Shown: positions 50,010 through 60,836, counted from the first letter of the stretch. The stretch: DNA of 64,000 nt from Clostridia bacterium (GCA_017515985.1 JAFWDV010000009.1:46832-110831); one strand, 5' to 3'. The notes: a model not told the origin generated them from the letters alone. Translations and numbers: made by a program.

Positions 50010-52502
50010 TTATTCAATAATTTCTGGATTGTCATTTTTTATCATATTTACCAAATTTTCTCCGCTAAAATTAAACTTAGTAATATAACCATCCAAATAG
50101 CTTGCCTTCTCTTTTAAAGCTTCAACATCATCGTTTATATATATTTTTGATTTTCCTTTTCCGTTTTTAGCTTCTTGCACTAAATTTGAAACAGGTGAAT
50201 TACCATCAAATGCCAAAACAATAGATGGTCTACGTTCAAAAATCTCATAATTAAAGCTTTTATAGATTCCAAGTTCTTCTTGCTCTGTTGAAATACAAAC
50301 ACCACTTAAATTATCGCTTAATAGTTCCTTTGCCAAGTCTTTGTCAATTTTCTTTGGAACTATAGCATCGATTTCAAAGTTTTTACCTAATTCTTTGCTA
50401 ATCTCCAAAATTGCCTTTTCATAACCCTGCATCTTGTGACCAATAACAAAATATGCTTTTTTATCATCTAAATTTCTAACTAATTCTGTTAAAACTTTCT
50501 TTGCTTTATTATCTAGAATTGTTTCTCTTCCTAATGTGTTAAAGCTACCACCTGCAATAATTATTGGGATTTTATCCATTGGAAGTTTTACAATTTTTTC
50601 TTTAAATATATCATCCGAGTTTACATCTGTATCTTTTCCAATTTTAAAAGCTCTATTTTTATTTTTTTCAATTTCAAGCTCTTGCTCTTCTAATATAGCA
50701 TCTTTGATATTTCTGCCATTAAGCCACTCCTCAAATTTCTTAGCTTTTTCTTTAAAATATTTTTCGTTTTCTGCAAGTAACTTATTTTCAACAGCTTTCA
50801 TCTTTTCTAAATCTTCACTGCTTAGGTCAAGTAAGTTTGTAAGAGCCATTTGCTCTTCCATACAATCTGTACCATAAAATCCACAACCATCTGACCCTTG
50901 AACGCAGCTAACATCATTAGCAAGATATTTTTTTATTGGATGTAAACTTACTTCCGTTAGATTATTCAAACGAACATTAGAAGTTAATTGGAATTCAAGT
51001 ATAATTCCATTTTTCTTCATGGTATTTATAAGATTTTTTCCTTTTTCAGATTCAACATCAATACCGTATAACCCATGACCTAATCTGCAACGAGGCATCC
51101 TTTTTCCTTTTGGAACAGATTCCATTATACACTCAACAGATTTTTCGACATTAGCTCTCAAACAATCATTTTCTCCAGCATGAATTTTTACAGTAAATCC
51201 ATTATCTTGCTCTACAGCATATTCTACAAGCTCCTTTATCACAGGCTTAAATTTATAAATCTCATTAACTTCCTCACCGATTATATCACTACCAACAATA
51301 TATGGGCTCTTTGCAGCTACTTTAAATGCATCAAGTCCTTCCTTTAATTGTTGCTCCGACATAAGAGTTCTACTAAATGCACCTAGAAATCTTAATTTTA
51401 CTCCAGTTTCAGCCTCAATTTTTGGAAGAATTTCGTGAAGCTCCTGCATTATCTTTGCTCCTTCTTCACCCTTCCTTACAATCCATGTAACTGAAATTTC
51501 TGCATAATTTATACCCTGCTTTTTGTATTCTCTAGCAACCCAAAGAATCTTATCTTGTAATAAAGAATTATCTTTATAATTCTCGCTTTTTGAGTCCTCC
51601 ATCATTTTTAATAAATTTGCTTTAACATCTTTATCTGTAATCTGCTCTATCTTTTGCTTAGTAATCTCAATTTTGTCTTCACTTGATTTTCCCTTCAAAA
51701 AAGCATATCTATATAAATAAAGCTTTTCAAGATTTGTAAAAACTGCTTGCCCATCTTTTATTAAAACAAGACTATTTCTTATCTTTGCAATATTTTCTTC
51801 AACATCGTTTGGGTTATTTAAAATCAAATCAGCAAAATTAATATACGTCTCATCATCAATTTTTCTAATTAGTTTTTTTCCTGGTAAATCCTCATACATA
51901 TATTTTCTTTCGACTTCACATCTTTGTCTAAAAAGCTTATTTGCCTGTTTATCTGATAATTTCAAACCAAGCTTTTTGATATAATACATAGAATATTTTA
52001 TTTGATGTTTTATTCCAAGAGCAATTATGTCATCCGAATTTAAGTTTGCAAAGATATGCGTATGCAAATCTGTTCTGAACTTTTCCTTTTTAGCAATATA
52101 TGTTTTGATGATAGTCTTCTCAACAGGAATTTTATATTCTTTGGTTTGTGACATTAACGTCTTATTGATAGCTGGAATTTTCGCTTTAATAAAAACTTTT
52201 CCATCAGTATATATGTTAGCAATTTTGATTCCACCTAATCTAAAAATATAAACTTCCTCATTATCGGCATTAATAGCAGCAGGAATTACTCCTTTAATCA
52301 CCTTCATATCATTTTCATTTTTCTCAGTTTCCAATCCACAAATTCTTGCAAGATTTGTAATCAAATTACCAGTTTTATGATTTGGAGTTTCTATTATATA
52401 CGTTAATTCATCTTCATTTTCTCTATACAAATTAACAATTATATCTTTCTCTTTATCTAAATAAATCCTATCAAAAAATTCCACTTTAAAATCTCCTCTC
52501 AA
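50010..52502 (-). CDS. adenosine/AMP-deaminase-fold protein with N-terminal extension and C-terminal Rossmann-like (SLOG/LOG-like?) domain
   Basis: 830 aa; metal-ligand motifs in order DLHTH, KIHAGEN, RLGHGL, VQGSDGCG (TDD-like with second Asp replaced); C-terminal PIIIAGGSFNTLG ... AYFVIGHK block. Confidence 0.55.
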   Translation of the reverse strand: MRGDFKVEFFDRIYLDKEKDIIVNLYRENEDELTYIIETPNHKTGNLITNLARICGLETEKNENDMKVIKGVIPAAINADNEEVYIFRLGGIKIANIYTDGKVFIKAKIPAINKTLMSQTKEYKIPVEKTIIKTYIAKKEKFRTDLHTHIFANLNSDDIIALGIKHQIKYSMYYIKKLGLKLSDKQANKLFRQRCEVERKYMYEDLPGKKLIRKIDDETYINFADLILNNPNDVEENIAKIRNSLVLIKDGQAVFTNLEKLYLYRYAFLKGKSSEDKIEITKQKIEQITDKDVKANLLKMMEDSKSENYKDNSLLQDKILWVAREYKKQGINYAEISVTWIVRKGEEGAKIMQELHEILPKIEAETGVKLRFLGAFSRTLMSEQQLKEGLDAFKVAAKSPYIVGSDIIGEEVNEIYKFKPVIKELVEYAVEQDNGFTVKIHAGENDCLRANVEKSVECIMESVPKGKRMPRCRLGHGLYGIDVESEKGKNLINTMKKNGIILEFQLTSNVRLNNLTEVSLHPIKKYLANDVSCVQGSDGCGFYGTDCMEEQMALTNLLDLSSEDLEKMKAVENKLLAENEKYFKEKAKKFEEWLNGRNIKDAILEEQELEIEKNKNRAFKIGKDTDVNSDDIFKEKIVKLPMDKIPIIIAGGSFNTLGRETILDNKAKKVLTELVRNLDDKKAYFVIGHKMQGYEKAILEISKELGKNFEIDAIVPKKIDKDLAKELLSDNLSGVCISTEQEELGIYKSFNYEIFERRPSIVLAFDGNSPVSNLVQEAKNGKGKSKIYINDDVEALKEKASYLDGYITKFNFSGENLVNMIKNDNPEIIE

Positions 52503-52587
52503 TAAGATTATGTAAATTTAATTGTATCATAACTTTGCATTAAATTCAATTAAAATTTAAGGGATGAAGCAAAAAAAATTCAAAACT

Positions 52588-52626
52588 GGGACGGACTCAT
52601 TTTTATACAAAAAATGAGTCCGTCCC
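52588..52626 (-). terminator. strong terminator (17-bp perfect stem gggacggactcattttt)
   Basis: perfect inverted repeat with 5-nt loop, 14 nt downstream of MscS gene stop, U-rich flank on minus strand. Confidence 0.6.
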
Positions 52627-52639
52627 CTTTTCCATTCCA

Positions 52640-53425
52640 TTATTTATTGTGAATATCAATTTGCATGTAAGGAACTGCTATTCCATTCTTCTCCATAACC
52701 TCTAAAATGCTTCTATAGGCATCTCTTCTAACCTGCCTTTTTTTGATTTGATCACATTGTATTTCTAGCAAATATTCAATACATGAACTTGCTAAATCTT
52801 TAACGCTTATATATCTACAATCAGATACACCATCGTTTTCTTTAATTCTTTCTGCAATGCTAAGCACAACATTTTCGGCCTTTTTTAAATTTACCTCATA
52901 TGGCATTGGCACACTTACATATACTAAATTCGAAACTTTTTCAATTTGCTCTATATTTCTATTGGCTACTGATAAAATGTTGCACGTAGCTAAATCCTGT
53001 ATCTTCGTGGTTTTTAACCCCATTTCAATAACCTTGCCCTCTATGTCTCCAAATTTAACTACATCACCAACCGTAAAATAAGAATCTGATAAAATAGTAC
53101 TACCTCTAATGATATCCTTAAGCCAATCTTGGACAGCTAGTCCAATAATAGCTCCGGCTATTCCAACTCCGGCAAGTAATGAGCTCACATCAACTCCATT
53201 TGCTTGTAGTAATATTAATACTGTAATTATTATAAAAAAGTATCTAACAGTACTTCTCATTACTTTTATGTACGTTTTACTTTTCTTATTTTTTACATTC
53301 TTTTCACTTTTATTAAATATATATGTACAAAATTTATAAACAATTATGCTTGCTATTACAATTATTAATGAATTTATAATATTTACATATTTTATACTAT
53401 TAATCAATTCTTGAAGATTATTCAT
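52640..53425 (-). CDS. MscS-family small-conductance mechanosensitive channel
   Basis: 261 aa; TM helices followed by GDVVKFGDIEGKVIEMGLKTTKIQDL beta-domain. Confidence 0.7.
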   Translation of the reverse strand: MNNLQELINSIKYVNIINSLIIVIASIIVYKFCTYIFNKSEKNVKNKKSKTYIKVMRSTVRYFFIIITVLILLQANGVDVSSLLAGVGIAGAIIGLAVQDWLKDIIRGSTILSDSYFTVGDVVKFGDIEGKVIEMGLKTTKIQDLATCNILSVANRNIEQIEKVSNLVYVSVPMPYEVNLKKAENVVLSIAERIKENDGVSDCRYISVKDLASSCIEYLLEIQCDQIKKRQVRRDAYRSILEVMEKNGIAVPYMQIDIHNK

Positions 53426-53593
53426 ATAAATTCTATCCTTTCTTTTATTATATACTTTTACATGTTATATTTTATTTGTTATGCATAATTTTATTATATT
53501 TGCTCTTGTTTTTTTATGTATACTATGTTATAATCAGAATATTCGATGGCTACAAGAGAATCTTGCTTCCTATGTTAAAGGAGGTCTTGTATT

Positions 53594-53863
53594 ATGAAAA
53601 CAATACAACCTATAGAAAATTATATTCCAGTAAAAGGAAGAGTCATTGAGCTTTCTGAGAGCTCCAATGGTAGTTTCGTGCTTACTAATTACTACGAAAA
53701 CGAGTTCGGTAACTACGAAGGCACTGTAGAGAATGAGTTAACTCCAGGAGAAATGGTTACAGTGTTTGGATGCAAAACATTTGAAGAAAGGCTGCGGCGT
53801 TTGCACTACTATTTTAAAAAGGCAGATTACATCTCTGAAAGTGCAATAGAAGCGATTCGTTGA
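53594..53863 (+). CDS. hypothetical protein
   Basis: 89-aa ORF with RBS AAGGAGG. Confidence 0.4.
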   Translation: MKTIQPIENYIPVKGRVIELSESSNGSFVLTNYYENEFGNYEGTVENELTPGEMVTVFGCKTFEERLRRLHYYFKKADYISESAIEAIR

Positions 53864-53918
53864 ATGGTTGAATGATGTTTATTTAGCAAGTAGCCCCGCC
53901 CACAAGATTCTCGGAGAA

Positions 53919-53960
53919 AAGACCTACAATCATATTGATGATATATGATTGTTAGGTCTT
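53919..53960 (+). terminator. long hairpin terminator
   Basis: aagacctacaatcatat / atatgattgttaggtctt stem followed by tttctttt. Confidence 0.5.
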
Positions 53961-54025
53961 TTTCTTTTATTTTACAATATTCATGTAATTAACATTTTGA
54001 AATAATTCCTAAAAATTATTCATAT

Positions 54026-55337
54026 TTAATCCAACCTTTCGTTCATTATTATATTCGCTGCAACTTCATATCCCATTTTTATTGCATAATTCATTCCCCT
54101 ATCTTCAGGGTATATTTGCGCCATATTAGCCATAAAAATCCCATTTTCTTTCATTTGTATATCTAAAATATTATGAGAGTAATTCGTAGTAATAACTGGT
54201 TGAGCACAATCTTCCTCAAAACATTTTAACTCAATTATATCACCATCATCAAAACCATTTCCAATCTCTTTCAAATATTTATTATACTCTTCAAAAAGTT
54301 GTTTTTCATCTAATGCATACAGTCTATCATTTTTATCCATATAATTTGAAACATATATTAGATGAGCACCACCATATTCATTGCAATCTATCATATTGGT
54401 ATGTTCAATAATTCCTCCAAATGGTATATAATCACAGCCTATATTAATCCAATAAAATGGAGAAAATGATTTCTTTGAAAATATCAATAATGTCTTTGCA
54501 CACGTATATTTTAAATTATTCATTTTATTAATCTCTTCACTACTTAATACATCCTTAAGTATTTTTTTCGAAATATCATAAGAAACTGTGCTAACAACAT
54601 AATCAAATTCTTTAGACTCATTACTTGTTTCTACAACATACTTTCTTCCGTCTTTACTTACACTTTTAACTTCCTCGCTAGTTTTTATTTTGCAATTATT
54701 TTTTAAAAGATACTTCTCAATTTTTTGAGTTAACCTTTCATAACTACCATTTAAGTAGCCAAGTCTTTCTCCGTCAGCCTCTGACGAAGAGCCTCTGAGT
54801 TTTATCTTTCCCCATAGCCATGCCATAGAAATCTTATCTTTGTTATTTCCAAACTTAGAAAATAATAGTGGCTCCCATGTTTTCTTGTAAACATTTTCTC
54901 CACAATTTTTTATCACCCATTGCTCTGCAGTGTATCTTTCGATTTTTTTATAATCATTAATCAGTTTTATTTTTATCACACTAAAACCAAACCTGATTTT
55001 TTCTATAAATGATAATGGTTTATACTTTAGTAAAGACGTCGGCGTACCAAATTCATATAGCCCATCTTTTGAATAATACGCCATTTTAGTTTTATTCCAC
55101 AGCATTTCATCCAATAAATCAAATTCTTTTAGTAGTTCAATTACATATTTATCGCTTTTAAAAATATGTCTATAATGCTTTTCAATTTTGGTTCCATTAT
55201 AGCTTATGCACTTTGCCATTCCACCGAATTTTATCCGTTTTTTCATATATTGTAACTTCAAAATTATTTTCTAAGAGTTTCTTCGCACAGCATAAACCAG
55301 TATATCCGCCACCAATGATTGCAATTTTTTGTTTCAC
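54026..55337 (-). pseudogene. FAD-dependent amine-oxidase/protoporphyrinogen-oxidase-like oxidoreductase, interrupted by a +1 frameshift at about 55221-55232 (or sequencing error)
   Basis: GTG start overlapping upstream stop (TAGTG) with RBS GGAGGA; frame A encodes VKQKIAIIGGGYTGLCCAKKLLENNFEVTIYEKTDKI then stops; frame B continues GGMAKCISYNG... (track ORF 54026..55261). Confidence 0.55.
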
Positions 55338-56812
55338 TAATCTTCCTCCTCTAAGTCTTTTCTTACGTATATATAACCGCTCTTTGCCGTATATTTATCA
55401 AATAAAATATTTTTTATTTGTTGTTCATAATAATTAGCTTTTTTACTTCCAATAAAATGCATAGCATTCACGATAAATTTAGGAGAGCTCCTATTTATAT
55501 CTTCAATTACCTCGTCTGCTATTTCTTCATCCTCATAAGCAACTGGTATTTGAAAAAGATATTTTCCAGAATACTGTCTATCTGTCATTAAATATATATA
55601 AGCTCTATTACCTAATATTAAAACATCATCTTCTGGTCTAGTAACATAACATATTTGTTTTAAATCATTTAAATAATCATTCATATTTTTATAAAGCTCT
55701 TTTTTCTCAATCTGTATATTAATGTATCCTATAATAAATACAACACACGTAAAAAACGTTATACAACTTATTGCCTTTTTTGATTCAACATATTTTAAAA
55801 TGATTCCAAGTGGAATAATAAATGTTGGTATCATTGAAATTAAATAGTGGTTATACGCTCTACGTGGCATGATAACCAGGATAAATGCTATAACAAAATA
55901 TAATATGCCGAATTTGGCTAATTTCATTTCATTTTTATTTATTCTTTTTCTAAGTATGAATATGACCAAATATAGGGCAGCAATCAAAACAAGAATAAAA
56001 TTCGTTTCCAAAACAAAATACATTATCACATCTATTATAGCCTTTTTCTCACCGCCTAAGTACTTTAAATTAAATAGTATATAGCATTTGAAGAAATCGT
56101 ACAAAGCATTATTCGCTATAAAATAAATGATTACTGGCAAAAATACTACAAAAACTCCAAGAGCACTAAATAATATCATTTTTAATAACTCTTTTATTTT
56201 CTTTGCTCTAATCTGTTTTATAAGCATATAAACATAAAACAATACCCAAAGAATTGTTAAATTCGGTCTTAAAAGTAAAACAACAGAAAAACAGGTAGAA
56301 GTTACAACCGCTTCTTTGTTTCTAAATGAATTACCATCCATCAAATATTTAATTATATAATATAGTGCTATAAGCGTAAACGGTAAAGCTATACTTTCTG
56401 TGCATGGATTCTCATTAGCGATCCTAATCATGAAAAACAAACAAGTTAGTATAACGATTAAGATTTTCCACTTATCTTTAACAATTAGTTTTGCTATTAA
56501 GTAAATCATATATATTGATATAATATTACATACAAGGTCTAGTATAAATAATCCAGGCTGTCCTGCAGTTAAATATCCTATACTATAGAACAGATATAGT
56601 ATAGGTCCTTTGTGATCAAAAACATCCCTATATATAATTTTTCCCTGTCCAATTGCTTTTGAAATATTTGTCCATACAGCAACATCGATGCTTAAAAAGC
56701 CATTTTTCTTTAAGTGTACATAGTTACAAAATGTTACTAGTATCGCTATTATAATGATTGAAATATATACTGCCGGAGTTCTTTTTAAATTTTTAAATTT
56801 TTTAAACATCAT
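55337..56812 (-). CDS. GT-C fold membrane glycosyltransferase (ArnT/PMT, GT39/83-like)
   Basis: 491 aa, about 11 TM helices; first extracytoplasmic loop RDVFDHKGPILY resembles ArnT/PMT DE-type motif. Confidence 0.55.
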   Translation of the reverse strand: MMFKKFKNLKRTPAVYISIIIIAILVTFCNYVHLKKNGFLSIDVAVWTNISKAIGQGKIIYRDVFDHKGPILYLFYSIGYLTAGQPGLFILDLVCNIISIYMIYLIAKLIVKDKWKILIVILTCLFFMIRIANENPCTESIALPFTLIALYYIIKYLMDGNSFRNKEAVVTSTCFSVVLLLRPNLTILWVLFYVYMLIKQIRAKKIKELLKMILFSALGVFVVFLPVIIYFIANNALYDFFKCYILFNLKYLGGEKKAIIDVIMYFVLETNFILVLIAALYLVIFILRKRINKNEMKLAKFGILYFVIAFILVIMPRRAYNHYLISMIPTFIIPLGIILKYVESKKAISCITFFTCVVFIIGYINIQIEKKELYKNMNDYLNDLKQICYVTRPEDDVLILGNRAYIYLMTDRQYSGKYLFQIPVAYEDEEIADEVIEDINRSSPKFIVNAMHFIGSKKANYYEQQIKNILFDKYTAKSGYIYVRKDLEEED

Positions 56813-56901
56813 TTGTGCAAAATCTCCTATTTCTTATGTTTTATCATCTTTTCTTTTAAGTGGTTTCGATAAAATGTGGTTATAATATAACTTTCTTACA
56901 G

Positions 56902-57195
56902 TTAACTATTATATTTCCTATATTCTTTTATGTTTACTATAAAATTATCATAAAACTCTTTTACACAACTTGATAATTCTATATATATTTTTTCTTCTTC
57001 TGGGAAAGAGTGAATTGCAAAATGGCTTTCCGCAAGTAAAAACAGTCCAGTATATCCTATTGGCTCAAAATAATGTTCTGTTTTTTTCAAAATTTTAAAG
57101 CCACTTTGAACTAGCATTTTTTCACATTTTTTTACAAATTCTTTTTCGTCTTCATATTTAATCCAATCATAGTAATTATACATTTTAGCTTTCAA
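56902..57195 (-). CDS. speH: S-adenosylmethionine decarboxylase proenzyme, SpeH type (class 1b), short form
   Basis: 97 aa; LLAESHFAIHSFPEE self-cleavage/pyruvoyl site and ELSSC motif. Confidence 0.7.
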   Translation of the reverse strand: MKAKMYNYYDWIKYEDEKEFVKKCEKMLVQSGFKILKKTEHYFEPIGYTGLFLLAESHFAIHSFPEEEKIYIELSSCVKEFYDNFIVNIKEYRKYNS

Positions 57196-57205
57196 TTTTT
57201 ATTAC

Positions 57206-58729
57206 CTACCAATCTATAACGTCTTTATTATAATATTCAATTAATTTAGGCTTAAAGATATCATTGATTTCTAATTTATCCATTTCTACCATCTCGTCTT
57301 TTCCAAAATTAAACATTAAACCAATATTTTCATTATTTAGATATTTAGTATCTACTTGTAATTCTTTTATATTTGTTTCTCCATTATATGCTAAGTTAAA
57401 ACCCCATTCGCCAAAACTAGGGACTTGCAAATGATATGGTTTTACATTTTCAAATTGTGTAGCAATCGTTTTATTAATACACCAATATGAATTTTTAGCA
57501 TAATAAGGACTAGTTGATTGACATACCATAACTCCATCTTCATTCATTATACTTTTTATATAATTGTAGAAAACATTTGTATATAATTTATTTAATGCCT
57601 CAGAATTAGGATCTGGTAGATCTATTATTACAACATCATATTTTTTATTTGTATTTTGTACAAATATATATGCATCTTCATTTATTATACTTAACTTATC
57701 ATTATCAAGTGAATGATTATTTAATGTTGAAATTAATTTATTATTTCTACATAAATCTGTCATTTGTTCATCAATATCTACAAGAGTAATATTTTTTATA
57801 TCCTTATATTTTAGTAATTCTCTTACTGCTAGTCCATCTCCTCCACCAAGTATAAGTATTTCATCATGTTTATTAGCATAAAGCATTGGTATATGTACTA
57901 ATGCTTCATGATATCTATATTCATCTTTACTACAAAATTGAAGATTTCCATCTATAAAAAGTCTTATATCGTCTTTGTGCCTTGTCATAATAATCTTTTG
58001 ATAATTTGTTTGCTTAGACAATATTATTGAATCCCTATATAGTCCATTTTCAATGTGATCTGCAAGAAATCTACCTGTGCATAGAATAATAATAAATATT
58101 CCTAAAACAATAATAACCAAATTTCTAATTATTGAATATTTTATAATAAATGATTTATATTTTACTACTATCAATAATGCTACAAAAATATTTATTGTTC
58201 CCATTAGCAATGTAGTTGTAATATATCCTAAGTTTGGTAATAAAATTAAAGGAAAAATTAACGAACCAATTAATCCACCCAAATAGTCGAAAGAAAATAT
58301 ATTAGCTAAATTATTTCTAACATCACTTTTGTTTTCTTCAATTATTCTGGTTAATATTGGAATCTCTAGCCCAACTAGTATTCCAATCATTATAATCAGT
58401 ATGTACATTATTAGATGATATATAGATGTGTAAATGTTAGAAAAGAACAATATCAAACTAGATAATCCTCCAAATATTCCAACAAATAATTCTATATATA
58501 CAAATCTATTAAATAATTTACTTTTTATTTTTTTAGATAAGTATGAGCCTATTCCCATTGCAAACATATATAGTCCAATTGTAATTGAAAATTGAGTAAT
58601 ACTATCTCCTAAAAGATACGAACTTATACTACTAATAATTAATTCATATATAATTGAACAAATGGATATTAAGAATGTTGTCATCAGTATTAATCTATAG
58701 TCAAAGTCTTTTCTTTCTTTATCGCTCAT
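57206..58729 (-). CDS. polyamine aminopropyltransferase (spermidine-synthase-like) fused to an N-terminal ~200-aa polytopic membrane domain
   Basis: 507 aa; 6-7 N-terminal TM helices; C-terminal fold with ILILGGGDGLAVREL (GGGDG) and VIIDLPDP motifs. Confidence 0.7.
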   Translation of the reverse strand: MSDKERKDFDYRLILMTTFLISICSIIYELIISSISSYLLGDSITQFSITIGLYMFAMGIGSYLSKKIKSKLFNRFVYIELFVGIFGGLSSLILFFSNIYTSIYHLIMYILIIMIGILVGLEIPILTRIIEENKSDVRNNLANIFSFDYLGGLIGSLIFPLILLPNLGYITTTLLMGTINIFVALLIVVKYKSFIIKYSIIRNLVIIVLGIFIIILCTGRFLADHIENGLYRDSIILSKQTNYQKIIMTRHKDDIRLFIDGNLQFCSKDEYRYHEALVHIPMLYANKHDEILILGGGDGLAVRELLKYKDIKNITLVDIDEQMTDLCRNNKLISTLNNHSLDNDKLSIINEDAYIFVQNTNKKYDVVIIDLPDPNSEALNKLYTNVFYNYIKSIMNEDGVMVCQSTSPYYAKNSYWCINKTIATQFENVKPYHLQVPSFGEWGFNLAYNGETNIKELQVDTKYLNNENIGLMFNFGKDEMVEMDKLEINDIFKPKLIEYYNKDVIDW

Positions 58730-58730
58730 T

Positions 58731-58937
58731 TTATAAAACCCCTGTCATTATTATTCCAATTGCTATAAATAATCCAAATAACATAACTCCTACAGCTTTA
58801 TTATGATTATCTATTTCCTCTGATAAATTAAAATGTTTTTTATACATTTTTTCTAATATTTTATACCCTATTAGGCAAAAAATAAGCCCTATAGCAACAT
58901 ATATTATCATTTCTAAAATCTTAACCATTATATCCAT
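58731..58937 (-). CDS. DUF350-like two-TM mini membrane protein
   Basis: 68 aa; paralog of 58947..59153. Confidence 0.5.
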   Translation of the reverse strand: MDIMVKILEMIIYVAIGLIFCLIGYKILEKMYKKHFNLSEEIDNHNKAVGVMLFGLFIAIGIIMTGVL

Positions 58938-58946
58938 AATTTCCTC

Positions 58947-59153
58947 CTATTTTATTACTGTGCTGACTATTAATGCAACAGAAATATAAATTCCAGCCAT
59001 AATAAATCCAGCACCAACATTTTTTTCTTTTAATTCTTTATTAAAATCATATGGAACAGCTAAATCAAATAAAAAAGTAGTAATAAACATTAATGCCAAA
59101 CCTATAGTTCCATATATTATAGTATTTAAAATTTCTATCCAATTTATATTCAT
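58947..59153 (-). CDS. DUF350-like two-TM mini membrane protein
   Basis: 68 aa; GTIGLALMFITTFLFDLAVPYDFNKELKEKNVGAGFIMAG pattern. Confidence 0.5.
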   Translation of the reverse strand: MNINWIEILNTIIYGTIGLALMFITTFLFDLAVPYDFNKELKEKNVGAGFIMAGIYISVALIVSTVIK

Positions 59154-59164
59154 ATTTTTTCCTC

Positions 59165-60226
59165 CTATTTTCCACTTGATGTTCCACCACCAGAGTAACT
59201 TCTACTATTAATACTTGACTGTCTTGCAGAACTAGCATAATTATAATATGATGTACTTCTAAATCTTCTTCTATAACTTCTATGATAATATGTATTATGT
59301 GATGAATGGTATGTTGTCCCCGAATCGTTTACATATTCTTTATTTGATATTTGTATATATATCTTTCCATCTTCATGCATATAAATATATGCATATTCAT
59401 TTTTGGTTTCTAAGGCATATCCATCTTTTTCCGTATTATTATCATCATCTATAACTTCCGTAATGCCTTCAGGTACTCCATCAATTATGTCTTTTACTGT
59501 TTCGTCTAAAGTATTTAATCTTGCCATATATATTTTAGCCTTTTTATTATTTGAATTGTTTGTAACTGAAGTTACATATGTATATTTACTCGTATTTTTA
59601 CTTAAATACTTATCCATTGATTTATTTACAAATATTCCTCCCAGTAAACTTCCTATAAAAGGAAAAAAGAATATTATTATAAAAAACAAAACCATAAAGA
59701 TACTAAATTTCGAAGAATTTGTTGTATTTTTTTTCAAATATTCTTTATCAATTTCATCTTTTATTTGGATTTGATAATCATTTATTTTTTTTCCTATAGT
59801 ATATTCTGTTTCATCACTCCATATTTCAATAGATATAATTTCATCTTTACTTTCTGAAATATAATCATAATATTTACATTTTTCATATGGATCTACGTCT
59901 GTTGAGCCAAAATAAGATTTTACTGTTGCAACTCCACTTTCAAATAATTCGTATTTTTTTCCGTTATCTTCAAATTCTATATTGTTAACATTAACACTTT
60001 TATTGTATCTAGAATATAAGTAAAATTCATTTTTGTTGTATTCGTCTTGTTCTATAGTTAGCCAGTATTTTTGATAATGATAACCATCTCCATTTGAATA
60101 TTTTTGTACCTCATACTCTTGCCATATCCATGAATCTTCTTTAAACTCAATCATATTATTAACAACATATTTTTGGCTATCAATCATAATAATTTGTCCA
60201 CGTCGTAATTTTTCCATCTTTTTCAC
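59165..60226 (-). CDS. DUF4178-like protein with TM segment and extracytoplasmic C-terminal domain ending in an S/Y/R-rich tail
   Basis: 353 aa; N-terminal ~150 aa paralogous to 60239..60679 (WQEYEV, GVATVKSYFG, IISIEIWSDE); TM FSIFMVLFFIIIFFFPFIGSLLGGIF. Confidence 0.5.
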   Translation of the reverse strand: MKKMEKLRRGQIIMIDSQKYVVNNMIEFKEDSWIWQEYEVQKYSNGDGYHYQKYWLTIEQDEYNKNEFYLYSRYNKSVNVNNIEFEDNGKKYELFESGVATVKSYFGSTDVDPYEKCKYYDYISESKDEIISIEIWSDETEYTIGKKINDYQIQIKDEIDKEYLKKNTTNSSKFSIFMVLFFIIIFFFPFIGSLLGGIFVNKSMDKYLSKNTSKYTYVTSVTNNSNNKKAKIYMARLNTLDETVKDIIDGVPEGITEVIDDDNNTEKDGYALETKNEYAYIYMHEDGKIYIQISNKEYVNDSGTTYHSSHNTYYHRSYRRRFRSTSYYNYASSARQSSINSRSYSGGGTSSGK

Positions 60227-60238
60227 CCCCTCGCTTAT

Positions 60239-60679
60239 CTAAGTGATACTTGATATGTCTACTTTATGACCTATACTTATTTCTTCATGTTGTCTCCATT
60301 TTTCTATAGATATAATTTCATTTTCATCAGTATCACACAAATATTCATAATACCTAACCTCTTCATTCATTGCTAAATCGCATGTTCCAAAACAAATTTT
60401 AACATTACCTCTACCTGTTTCAAACAAAGAATAAGTTTTATTTCTGAAGTTAATTTTTGTTGTATTTGTTTCCATATTTTCATTCAATTCTATATATAAT
60501 ATTGCTTTGTTTGATAATTCTACATTTAAATGATATTCTTCTTTAGTATCTTTTTTTGCTATCTTATACTCATACCAAAAAGAACTTTTTTCATTATATT
60601 TAACTTTATTTATTACTAAAAATATTTGATCATTAATCTTAATTTCTTGATATTGCTTTGAATCTAATAAATCTACCAT
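60239..60679 (-). CDS. DUF4178-like protein
   Basis: 146 aa; FWYEYKI, GRGNVKICFG, IISIEKWRQHE shared with N-domain of 59165..60226. Confidence 0.5.
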   Translation of the reverse strand: MVDLLDSKQYQEIKINDQIFLVINKVKYNEKSSFWYEYKIAKKDTKEEYHLNVELSNKAILYIELNENMETNTTKINFRNKTYSLFETGRGNVKICFGTCDLAMNEEVRYYEYLCDTDENEIISIEKWRQHEEISIGHKVDISSIT

Positions 60680-60836
60680 TTTCCACTTCTCTCATTTCAT
60701 TAAATTTTTTGAATAGTAATATATATCAATACATTGTAAATCTCCATCCCATATATCTTCGTCATAATTATCTACCAAGAAATTCTTTGTTGTTTTTTCA
60801 TATTTATCAAAACCTTGCTTAACATAGAATGGAATA

